In this document: positions 8,553 to 16,708 of the stretch, in pieces
How the letters are laid out: each line of letters begins with the position of its first letter
How positions within the stretch are numbered: position 1 is the stretch's first letter
NCBI GenBank assembly: GCA_964387275.1
Contig: CAYLVW010000002.1
Span: 63,286-127,285, forward strand
From: an uncultured Candidatus Saccharibacteria bacterium
GTDB taxonomy: Bacteria > Patescibacteriota > WWE3 > UBA101185 > UBA10185
DNA: 64,000 nt
Direction: 5' to 3'
Notes under the pieces: generated by a model
Databases searched by the model: none
What the model saw: only the letters and a program-made list of their open reading frames with translations
Told to the model about the DNA's origin: nothing
Program-made: the position numbers and the translations under genes

Positions 8553-9221
8553 TTAAATAACTTTATACCTATAACCAAACCCATACACTGTATCAATTGG
8601 ATCAATACCCCGATATAAAAACTTCTTTCGAAGATTACGTATGTGCACATCGACAGAGTTTGAAGACATATCAATATTGTTTTCCCATAGCTTATTAAGC
8701 AGTTCATCCCGCTGAACAATACGTCCCTTGTTTTGCACAAGGTACTCTAGTATTCCGTACTCTTTTGGAGTAAACCTAACCTCTACATTATTTACACAAA
8801 CAGTTTTAGCGGTTGTGTCAATTTCTACTCCAAACGCCTTTAACACATTTGTCGTATCGAAGTTTTTGACTCTTCTATTAACAGCTTTAATCCTTGATAT
8901 TAACTCCGCGAAGACGAAAGGTTTAGTGATATAGTCATCAGCACCAAGATCTAAGCTTGAAACCTTATAACCCAGCTCTGATTTAGCTGTTAACATTATT
9001 ATCCCTACCCTGGAGCAAGAAGTCTTTATCAATTTGCACACCTCTGTTCCGCTCATATCAGGCAACCCTATGTCAACCAAGACTATGTCGTAGCTATTCA
9101 TCTGCGAATAATAGACTCCGTCAGAACCATTATCTACGTGGTCAACTATAAAGTGGTTTTTAAGCCCAAGCTTTGTCTGTGTCGCGACATCAAACTCGTC
9201 TTCTATTAATAAAACCCTCAT
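8553..9221 (-). CDS. OmpR/PhoB-family response regulator
   Basis: LLIEDE, VDIGLPDMSG (phospho-Asp), MLTA, GADDYITKPF; winged helix TPKEYGILEYL, VDVHIRNLRKK, TVYGFGY. Confidence 0.95.
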   Translation of the reverse strand: MRVLLIEDEFDVATQTKLGLKNHFIVDHVDNGSDGVYYSQMNSYDIVLVDIGLPDMSGTEVCKLIKTSCSRVGIIMLTAKSELGYKVSSLDLGADDYITKPFVFAELISRIKAVNRRVKNFDTTNVLKAFGVEIDTTAKTVCVNNVEVRFTPKEYGILEYLVQNKGRIVQRDELLNKLWENNIDMSSNSVDVHIRNLRKKFLYRGIDPIDTVYGFGYRYKVI

Positions 9222-9253
9222 TGTCGTAATCTCTGTACATATTTATACAATAC

Positions 9254-9273
9254 AATAATTAAAAAATAATTAA
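9254..9273 (-). promoter_or_regulatory. Direct repeat with 11-bp period upstream of the response regulator (candidate OmpR-type box)
   Basis: Minus strand TTAATTATT-tt-TTAATTATT just upstream of a TGTATAAAT -10-like element. AT-rich, so weak evidence. Confidence 0.3.
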
Positions 9274-9324
9274 GAATTGATCCAATTTTTATTTAAAAAA
9301 AGACCCTTGAAAAATCATAGTATT

Positions 9325-9558
9325 TCAAGGGTCAGATTCATAGCTCTTTAGCTCACGAAGAGTTCTATTAAAACCAAACAGACTAAGAATGAGCACAAAT
9401 ACACATCTAAGCATGTTTTCAGAATGATCCATGCCTGTTAACAAATAATTCAGCCCTAAAACTAATGCAAGTGTACTGGAAAACACGACTACAAAACAAA
9501 AAACCAACAACAGTGCATATACAAATTGCGCATATAGTGGCTTTTTAGGCTCTAGCAA
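9325..9558 (-). CDS. Small 2-TM membrane protein (paralog of the next gene)
   Basis: Two TMs; shares R..xVLxLxLFGxNR...LxS with 9560..9787. Confidence 0.65.
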   Translation of the reverse strand: MLEPKKPLYAQFVYALLLVFCFVVVFSSTLALVLGLNYLLTGMDHSENMLRCVFVLILSLFGFNRTLRELKSYESDP

Positions 9559-9559
9559 T

Positions 9560-9787
9560 TTAGACGTCGCCCGATTTGCTCAAACTGGTGAGATCCTTGG
9601 CAGCTCTATTTAAGCCAAATAAGGCCAAGAAAAGCACCACTGTTGCCCTAATAAGAGCATCGATGTCTATATCAACGAAAAACTCCAGGAATATAGACAC
9701 AATTATGAAAAGGCTGGCAGAAACAGTAATCACAACAAACAGAAAAGAAGCTATCAATATAATGGCTTCATATAGTCTTTGCACCAA
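9560..9787 (-). CDS. Small 2-TM membrane protein
   Basis: AAGGAG SD before GTG; two TMs; RATVVLFLALFGLNRAAKDL. Confidence 0.7.
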   Translation of the reverse strand: MVQRLYEAIILIASFLFVVITVSASLFIIVSIFLEFFVDIDIDALIRATVVLFLALFGLNRAAKDLTSLSKSGDV

Positions 9788-9835
9788 ATTCTCCTTTGCT
9801 ATAGGGTAGGCAAATATTAATGTATAATATTGATT

Positions 9836-12697
9836 ATGTCAAAAAAGAAAACTGCACTAAATGAATCGCAAAAACGAGCGATAGAATTTGAGAAAGGCCC
9901 CCTACTAGTTGTAGCAGGTGCAGGTACAGGTAAAACAAAAGTAATAACTGAACGAATAAAATATCTTATCGAAAAAAAAGATGTAAAACCAGAGGAAATA
10001 CTTGCACTTACTTTTACAGAAAAAGCTTCGCAAGAAATGCTGGAGAGGGTTGGAGACATAATGCCCCTGGGTTATCAAGAACCATACATTTATACGTTCC
10101 ATTCTTTTGCAGATAGAATACTAAAAACTGAGGGAATTGAAATGGGACTTGATACATCCTATAAGATAATTCCCGACACCAGTCAGTGGTTACTTTTTAG
10201 AAAAAACCTATTCAACTTTAAACTTTCCTATTTTAGACCATTGGGAAATCCAACTAAATTTATTTCAGCAATTCTAAAATTCATCTCAAGACTTCAAGAT
10301 GAAAATATATCCCCAGCTAAGTTCACAGAATTTGTTAAAAACTCTAAAACTATAGAACCTGATGAAATAAACAGATGGGAAGAATTAAGTGCTGTATATG
10401 AAAAATACCAAGCGCTCAAAATAGCTCAATCGAAATTGGACTTTGGAGACCTTATAAATAAAACCATTGAGTTATTTCATACAAGACCAAATATATTAAG
10501 AAAATATCAAAATCAATTCAAACACATACTTGTAGACGAATTCCAAGACACCAACTATTCACAGTACGAGCTCATTAAACTACTGTACCCTATAACAGAA
10601 TCAACCAATGTAAGAAGCCTGGTTGTTGTAGGAGATGATTCACAATCAATATATAAATTTAGGGGCGCTGCAATTTCTAATATACTAGAATTCCAACAAG
10701 ACTACCCAAACGCAAACATGATAACGTTAACTCAAAACTATAGATCAAACCAACCTATACTGGATACATCTTACAATTTGATACAAAACAATAACCCGGA
10801 CACTTTAGAATCAAAACTAGGTATTTCAAAAAAACTCAAAAGTGCAAACCAAGAAGAATCTGTGAAACCTCAAATATATCAAGCTAATACACTTGAGGAA
10901 GAAGTGGAAGTGGTAATAGCTAAAATTTTGGAAATTCTTGGTAAAGAACCCAACTATACATATAAAGATTTTGCGATTCTATCAAGAGCAAATTCACATT
11001 TAGATCCGTTTGTTCTTGGGCTTAAAAAATATGGAATACCTTATCAACTTGTAGGAAATAGAGGTTTATACGATCAAGAAGAAATCAGAAACATCATTGC
11101 CTTAGTAAGGCTGATTGTTGATGTAGAAGATAATATCAATCTCTTTAGAGCTTTAAACATAAACGTTTTTGGAATACCTTTTGAGGACATCTCAAAAATA
11201 CTAAACCAAGCCAAATATAATAAATCCTCGATATGGAGTGTGTGTCAAAAATCGGAAAACCCAAAAATTAATAATTTTGTTGAGATAATCAACTCTTACA
11301 GACAAAAGATAACAAAATACCTGCCCTCAGAACTTATCTATGAACTTCTATACAGTACTAACTACTTAAAAAGTTTTACGGAGTCTGAGTCAATTGAAAA
11401 TGAACTGGCATTAAAAAATCTGGATATATTTTATAATATTGTAAAAAGATTTGAGGTGGAGTACAGACAAGATATAAGAGAAAACCCCACACTACTAAAC
11501 CTTGTAGAGCATTTGGATTTGATGATAGAAGCGGGAGATAATCCAGCGCAAGCAGAAATAGAAGATGTAGATACAATAAATCTGTTAACAACACATGCAA
11601 GCAAGGGCTTAGAGTTTAAAGTTGTTTTTATGATTAATTTAGTAAGTGATAGGTTTCCCTCTAGAAATAGAAGTGATGTTATTAACATACCGGATGAACT
11701 CATTAAAGAAGTGTTACCTGAAGGAGATCCCCATATACAAGAAGAACGTAGATTATTTTATGTAGGTATGACAAGGGCCCAAAAGTACCTATACATGACT
11801 CTTGCAAAAAACTATGGCGGCAAAAGAGACAAAACTCCCACAGGCTTCTTACAGGAAACAGGGCTAAAAATTACAGAAATTGATAGTAACGAAATAAACA
11901 AGACTGATTCACAAAATAGTTTGTTCGGTACTAAAACAAACTACAGAGAATCTGGTATGGACACACCATATGAACCCAGTTTTGTAAGCTATACTCAAAT
12001 ATCCAACTACAAAACTTGCCCTCTACAATATAAATACGGCTATGTATTAAAAATACCCGGGTCCCCTAGCCACGCTTTGAGTTTTGGAAATACTATACAT
12101 ACAACTTTAAAGGAGTTTCACACGCAACTATCCTCCGGAAAAAACGTAACCCTAAATGAATTACTAGAACTATATGATAAATTTTGGGATCCAATCGGTT
12201 ACATATCAGAGGAACACAAAAAAGAACGCTACCAAAGTGGAATCAACATACTCACTAAGTACTATGAAAAAGCCATGAAAGAAAAAACTAAACCAAAGGC
12301 CCTGGAACAATCCTTTAATATACGTATTGATGGAATGCGAATGTATGGAAGAATTGACCGTATAGACCCATTGCCTGAAGGCGGAGTAGAAATAATTGAC
12401 TATAAAACTGGTAGTCCTAAAGATCAAAAAGAAGTAGATAGTGATGATCAAGTAGCTGTCTATGCAATTGCTGCTAAAGAAGCTTTAAAACTAGACCCAA
12501 AAAAACTGTCTTTATATTTTGTAGAAACAGATCAAAAAATTTCTACTTCTAGAACAGAAAAACAGTTAGAAGACAAAAAAAAGGAAATAGCTGAAGAAAT
12601 TAGAAAAATAAGAAGTGGGGATTTCCACGCAACTCCCGGTATGCATTGTAACTACTGCGACTATAAACATATATGTCCGCATGCTTATAAAAACTAA
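9836..12697 (+). CDS. UvrD/PcrA-family helicase fused to a C-terminal PD-(D/E)XK nuclease with Fe-S cysteines (AdnB/AddB-like)
   Basis: AGAGTGKT, VDEFQDTN, VGDDSQSIYKFRGA, THASKGLEF, EERRLFYVGMTRA; nuclease GRIDRID, IIDYKTG; C...CNYCDYKHIC. Confidence 0.92.
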   Translation: MSKKKTALNESQKRAIEFEKGPLLVVAGAGTGKTKVITERIKYLIEKKDVKPEEILALTFTEKASQEMLERVGDIMPLGYQEPYIYTFHSFADRILKTEGIEMGLDTSYKIIPDTSQWLLFRKNLFNFKLSYFRPLGNPTKFISAILKFISRLQDENISPAKFTEFVKNSKTIEPDEINRWEELSAVYEKYQALKIAQSKLDFGDLINKTIELFHTRPNILRKYQNQFKHILVDEFQDTNYSQYELIKLLYPITESTNVRSLVVVGDDSQSIYKFRGAAISNILEFQQDYPNANMITLTQNYRSNQPILDTSYNLIQNNNPDTLESKLGISKKLKSANQEESVKPQIYQANTLEEEVEVVIAKILEILGKEPNYTYKDFAILSRANSHLDPFVLGLKKYGIPYQLVGNRGLYDQEEIRNIIALVRLIVDVEDNINLFRALNINVFGIPFEDISKILNQAKYNKSSIWSVCQKSENPKINNFVEIINSYRQKITKYLPSELIYELLYSTNYLKSFTESESIENELALKNLDIFYNIVKRFEVEYRQDIRENPTLLNLVEHLDLMIEAGDNPAQAEIEDVDTINLLTTHASKGLEFKVVFMINLVSDRFPSRNRSDVINIPDELIKEVLPEGDPHIQEERRLFYVGMTRAQKYLYMTLAKNYGGKRDKTPTGFLQETGLKITEIDSNEINKTDSQNSLFGTKTNYRESGMDTPYEPSFVSYTQISNYKTCPLQYKYGYVLKIPGSPSHALSFGNTIHTTLKEFHTQLSSGKNVTLNELLELYDKFWDPIGYISEEHKKERYQSGINILTKYYEKAMKEKTKPKALEQSFNIRIDGMRMYGRIDRIDPLPEGGVEIIDYKTGSPKDQKEVDSDDQVAVYAIAAKEALKLDPKKLSLYFVETDQKISTSRTEKQLEDKKKEIAEEIRKIRSGDFHATPGMHCNYCDYKHICPHAYKN

Positions 12698-12698
12698 C

Positions 12699-13652
12699 CT
12701 ATAAAGGCAGGTTGAGTAGGCCGCTCATACTTTTTAATACAGGATTATAGATTTTTATGTAGGGGTCAGGATACTGTGCCTCGTACCCATTAAATTTTCT
12801 CTTAAAATGGGTCAACCCCTCCCAGTTCATTGTATACAGCGGGAATCTAGGATCAGAAACTCCCTCAAAGTCGAAAATTTTCATACCCAGTTGTTTAAAA
12901 TAAAGTATAGTTTCCCATGTAAGTAGATAACCACTTTTATCCTTTTGACCGTGATCAGATGTACCCCCATGTAGATACCAAACCGCCTTCCCGTTAATCA
13001 GATGAAACTTTGCACCCGTAAGCTCCCCCAAAGAATCATATGAAAAAGCAAGCACACAGTTATCCAAAAACTCTGTAGCTTTTTTAAGGTTTTCGGTAAG
13101 AGTAGGTACATAGAACTTCTTTTTTAAACCTGTGCTTGCGGCTAGTTTTTGAAATACCTCAACTTGCTCTTTGGTTGGGTTTTTAATAATTTTAACAACT
13201 GTACCTTCACGGCGTGCTCGATTGATAGAGTACTTCGCGCTATGAGAAAGCCTAGACCACAGGTCAGTCTCAGACAAAGTTAAGTCCATAAACACAGTAG
13301 AAGGCGGTATGAGGGGAAACAAGCTTTTCTGATAACCATTTTTTACTAGCAATCCAACCTCTTGCATAATACTAGGTTCTATTTTTACAAAGGCTAAATT
13401 GTATTTCTTTGCAATCAGATCAATTTCAGACATATCGGATTCATTCAAAGGGTGGGGTCTCTGAATCTTGGCCACTTTCATAAAAACAGTATTTATTATC
13501 TGAACAAAAATACCACTACTGGTAATTTGAGTCTTCCATCCTAGGGTATTTAAAAAGTTTGACCAGCCCTGAGTCTGTCTTAAGTCAGTGTAGTTAAAAT
13601 CTAAAGTTGTTCCTTTGAGCTCTTCTAACGAATAAATCTTAGTATCTTCCAT
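12699..13652 (-). CDS. FemABX-family peptidoglycan interpeptide-bridge aminoacyltransferase
   Basis: LRQTQGWSNF, KIEP, RLSHSAKYSINRARREG, YLHGG, FDFEGV, FKRKFNG. Confidence 0.85.
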   Translation of the reverse strand: MEDTKIYSLEELKGTTLDFNYTDLRQTQGWSNFLNTLGWKTQITSSGIFVQIINTVFMKVAKIQRPHPLNESDMSEIDLIAKKYNLAFVKIEPSIMQEVGLLVKNGYQKSLFPLIPPSTVFMDLTLSETDLWSRLSHSAKYSINRARREGTVVKIIKNPTKEQVEVFQKLAASTGLKKKFYVPTLTENLKKATEFLDNCVLAFSYDSLGELTGAKFHLINGKAVWYLHGGTSDHGQKDKSGYLLTWETILYFKQLGMKIFDFEGVSDPRFPLYTMNWEGLTHFKRKFNGYEAQYPDPYIKIYNPVLKSMSGLLNLPL

Positions 13653-14560
13653 CTCATCTCATTCGCAAAACTAAATGTATTATAAGCGGGTTCGTTCAAT
13701 ATAAAATCATATGAATCCATATACTCAACAAACCTACCACCAAACCTAAGCTTGAAATTAGTAAAACCAAACCAAGGATCCAAAGTATTGCCAGGGTCGC
13801 TGGAAGCCCCCCACATATCAAACGCAGTGCAATTATTAGCCTTACCAAATTTTATGACTTCCCAAGCAAGAAGTGTGCTGGGAGAAAGGTTTCTATGCTG
13901 ATCAGAAGATCCCCCATAGGGATAATATAAAACCCCATCATACAAAAATAGCATCCAAGAAGCTAGTGGAGTCGTACCCTTAAAAGCAGTTAAAATTTTA
14001 ACCATTCCCTCCTTACCTAAAATTTCCCATATCATCTTGTAGTATCCTTTTGGATGAATAAAGTATTTCTGCCTCTCTGCAGTTTCTGATAGAAGCTTAT
14101 AAAATATCTCAAAATCCTCAGCGTTCTTACCCTCTACCACAATCACAGAATTCTTTTGAGCATACTTAATATTGTACCTATGCTTATGGTGCATATTAAC
14201 AAGTAATGTTTCTTCAGATGGAGTTATATCTAATAAAATGTTGTGTTTAGCAAATGTGTTCTTTTTTGCTTTCACACATCTCTCCTCAAAAATACTTACA
14301 ATAGACTTTATATTCGGATCGGTAGTAAGAATATTAGGAACGTCAAAATTTATCGCAATACAATTGTTTTCTATAAGTGAAGCTTTTACTTTCTCAAAAT
14401 TAATATTATGTGGGTTTACTTTAGGACAATATGCGTAGTAGTAATTTGTGAAAGGAATTTTATGTTTTGTGTACTGAATGCCTTCTACTAATACAGATGG
14501 GGTGCCATACTGAGATTTAAAATTTCCCCAAATCTGAGATTGAACTATGTGATCCGACAT
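13625..14560 (-). CDS. FemABX-family peptidoglycan interpeptide-bridge aminoacyltransferase
   Basis: HIVQSQIWGNFK, KHRYNIKYAQK, YYPYGGS, FDMWG, GFTNFKLRFGG. Confidence 0.9.
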   Translation of the reverse strand: MSDHIVQSQIWGNFKSQYGTPSVLVEGIQYTKHKIPFTNYYYAYCPKVNPHNINFEKVKASLIENNCIAINFDVPNILTTDPNIKSIVSIFEERCVKAKKNTFAKHNILLDITPSEETLLVNMHHKHRYNIKYAQKNSVIVVEGKNAEDFEIFYKLLSETAERQKYFIHPKGYYKMIWEILGKEGMVKILTAFKGTTPLASWMLFLYDGVLYYPYGGSSDQHRNLSPSTLLAWEVIKFGKANNCTAFDMWGASSDPGNTLDPWFGFTNFKLRFGGRFVEYMDSYDFILNEPAYNTFSFANEMRWKILRFIR

Positions 14561-14612
14561 AAGCACAGTATAACATTGACTATACCAACTACATACTTTA
14601 ATCTAAGCTTAT

Positions 14613-14720
14613 GGAACATCTCACCCAGACGAGGGTGATTTGAGACAAAAAAGGTTAAGTTCCTAAAACCGGAAGGAGTCCGTTTAGGCTTCTAATACAA
14701 GTTAAACGGACTCCATTTCT
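14613..14720 (+). promoter_or_regulatory. Structured 5' leader with a 12-bp terminator-like hairpin before the cyclophilin gene
   Basis: GGAGTCCGTTTA (14675-86) pairs with TAAACGGACTCC (14703-14), followed by ATTTCT; upstream stems TCACCC/GGGTGA and GGAAC/GTTCC. Confidence 0.45.
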
Positions 14721-14725
14721 ATCTT

Positions 14726-15439
14726 ATGGACAAAAATTCAATAACATCTATAGCAGTTATAATAATAATGATTACCCTAATAGGCGGGTTAATTTACTTT
14801 TCAAAAAATAATGAAAGTAATATAAGTTCTAGTAACAATGAACCAAATCAATTATCAAATTTGGAGTCAATTAATAAAACTCCGGAAAGCTCCCAAGCAG
14901 CAACTAACAATATGAATAATAAATATACTAAAGCTCCAGTACTAAATCTGGATGCAAAAGTCGACTACAAAGCAGTAATTCACACTACAAAAGGTGACAT
15001 AAAAATAGACCTATTCGAAAAAAAGACCCCGATAACAGTCAATAACTTTGTGTTTTTAGCCAAAGAAACCTTTTACAATAACACAGTGTTTCACAGAATA
15101 ATTAAAGATTTCATGATCCAAGGAGGAGACCCTTTAGGCACAGGTACTGGGGGTCCTGGGTATAAATTTGAGGATGAGCCTTTTGAAGGAGAATATATAC
15201 GAGGAACAATCGCCATGGCTAATGCAGGACCTAACACAAACGGCAGCCAATTTTTTATTATGCACAAGGATACCCCACTACCAAAAAATTACGTAATATT
15301 TGGAAATGTCATTGACAATGACAGCCTAAAGGTACTGGACCTCATTGCAAATTCTGAAGTAAAATCCAGCTTTACAGGGGAAAAATCTACACCCATAGAA
15401 AAAACCACTATAACCAGTGTGGAAATACTGGAAAACTAA
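14726..15439 (+). CDS. Membrane-anchored cyclophilin-type peptidyl-prolyl isomerase
   Basis: FHRIIKDFMIQGGDP, AMANAGPNTNGSQFFI; N-terminal TM. Confidence 0.95.
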   Translation: MDKNSITSIAVIIIMITLIGGLIYFSKNNESNISSSNNEPNQLSNLESINKTPESSQAATNNMNNKYTKAPVLNLDAKVDYKAVIHTTKGDIKIDLFEKKTPITVNNFVFLAKETFYNNTVFHRIIKDFMIQGGDPLGTGTGGPGYKFEDEPFEGEYIRGTIAMANAGPNTNGSQFFIMHKDTPLPKNYVIFGNVIDNDSLKVLDLIANSEVKSSFTGEKSTPIEKTTITSVEILEN

Positions 15440-15440
15440 A

Positions 15441-16205
15441 TTACTGTGGCTTGCGCATTTTAAAAATACGCACCCACTCTTCTGTAGTAATGTTCTGAGG
15501 TCTTAGAGTAGGGTCAATATTAACTGTGGACAAAAATTCCGCATCAAAAACCTTGTTAAGCATTTTTCTGGGATTAGAGTACGCATGGTGTAAAAACTTT
15601 TCGTAGGAAAGTATCTCTCTATGGCTAATTTCTATAATAGACTTTCTAACAAACTTAACAATTCCCCCATCCACACCAGGTACCGGATCGAACCTATCTC
15701 TGGGCACTTTAGTAAGAAAGGTAATATCAAAAAATGTCTGCATAAAAACAGAAAGGTATGAGGAATCCGGAGCAACCTCACAAACCTTCCTAGCAACTTC
15801 ATACTGCACCATAAAAACACAAGAGGAAGGTAAGAAGGGCGACTTAGCTATAACATGAAAAATTGGCGAAGTAATATAATAAGGGAGCGACCCAAAAATC
15901 TTAAAATCAGAGGTCATAGGCTTAAAGTTTTGGTAGTAATCTAGAAAATTGGCGTAATCAATTTTAACATTTGGGAATTTTGAAAACTGATTCCTTAAGG
16001 TACTTATAAACCTAAAATCAAATTCAATTGCCTGCAAACTCCCTTTATCTCCCAAATTCTTGACTATCTCTTTTGTAAAGGCACCAAGCCCGGGACCAAT
16101 CTCTAAAACCTCATCATTTTTAAGGTCAAGAGCACTTACCATACTTTTAATGATTTCTGGATCCTTCATAAAATTCTGTCCCAATTCTTTTTTTGCTTTT
16201 ATCAT
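15441..16205 (-). CDS. rsmA: 16S rRNA m6,2A dimethyltransferase
   Basis: KKELGQNF, VLEIGPGLG, SLPYYITSPI, MVQYEVA, PVPGVD. Confidence 0.93.
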   Translation of the reverse strand: MIKAKKELGQNFMKDPEIIKSMVSALDLKNDEVLEIGPGLGAFTKEIVKNLGDKGSLQAIEFDFRFISTLRNQFSKFPNVKIDYANFLDYYQNFKPMTSDFKIFGSLPYYITSPIFHVIAKSPFLPSSCVFMVQYEVARKVCEVAPDSSYLSVFMQTFFDITFLTKVPRDRFDPVPGVDGGIVKFVRKSIIEISHREILSYEKFLHHAYSNPRKMLNKVFDAEFLSTVNIDPTLRPQNITTEEWVRIFKMRKPQ

Positions 16206-16228
16206 AATAGTCATTATACAATCTTTGC

Positions 16229-16708
16229 ATGGATAACATCTTCATCGCCTTGGAAAACATCAGAAGTTTATACAATGTAGGATCTATATTAAGATCGGCA
16301 AGCTTTTTTGGAATTAAAAAGATTCTGCTAGTTGGGTACAGTGGTAAATTGATACTACCAAATGGAAAAGCTGTACTAAATGAAAAACTTAAAAAAACAG
16401 CCCTCACTTCCGAAATGGACATTGAAATTATTATGCTCGATTCTTCAGAAGCAATGTATGATTTTGCTTTGGAAAACTCGCTAAAACTAATAGCTATAGA
16501 GCAAGAACAACACGCAAAACCTCTAATAGCAGAAAATATAGAAAATAACGCAATCTATGTATTAGGTAATGAAGTAGAGGGAGTGAGCAAACTCACTTTA
16601 ACAAAATCCAAAAAGGTATTAGAGATCAAACATACTACCGGACATAACTCACTTAATGTTGCTACAACTGCTGGGGTGCTTTTCCATGTAATTGCATCTA
16701 CCAATTAA
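16229..16708 (+). CDS. TrmH/SpoU-family RNA methyltransferase
   Basis: ENIRSLYNVGSILRS, LGNEVEG, SLNVATT. Confidence 0.9.
   Translation: MDNIFIALENIRSLYNVGSILRSASFFGIKKILLVGYSGKLILPNGKAVLNEKLKKTALTSEMDIEIIMLDSSEAMYDFALENSLKLIAIEQEQHAKPLIAENIENNAIYVLGNEVEGVSKLTLTKSKKVLEIKHTTGHNSLNVATTAGVLFHVIASTN

Noticed and set aside
8438-8740. 100-aa minus-strand ORF overlapping the response regulator
   Set aside because: It is a shadow frame of the regulator. Only its last 22 codons (from ATG 8506) are a plausible alternative peptide, discussed in the findings.
14660-14690. CCGGAAGG resembling the SRP RNA domain IV tetraloop
   Set aside because: The flanking CAGG/AGCA internal-loop motif and the long rod are absent.
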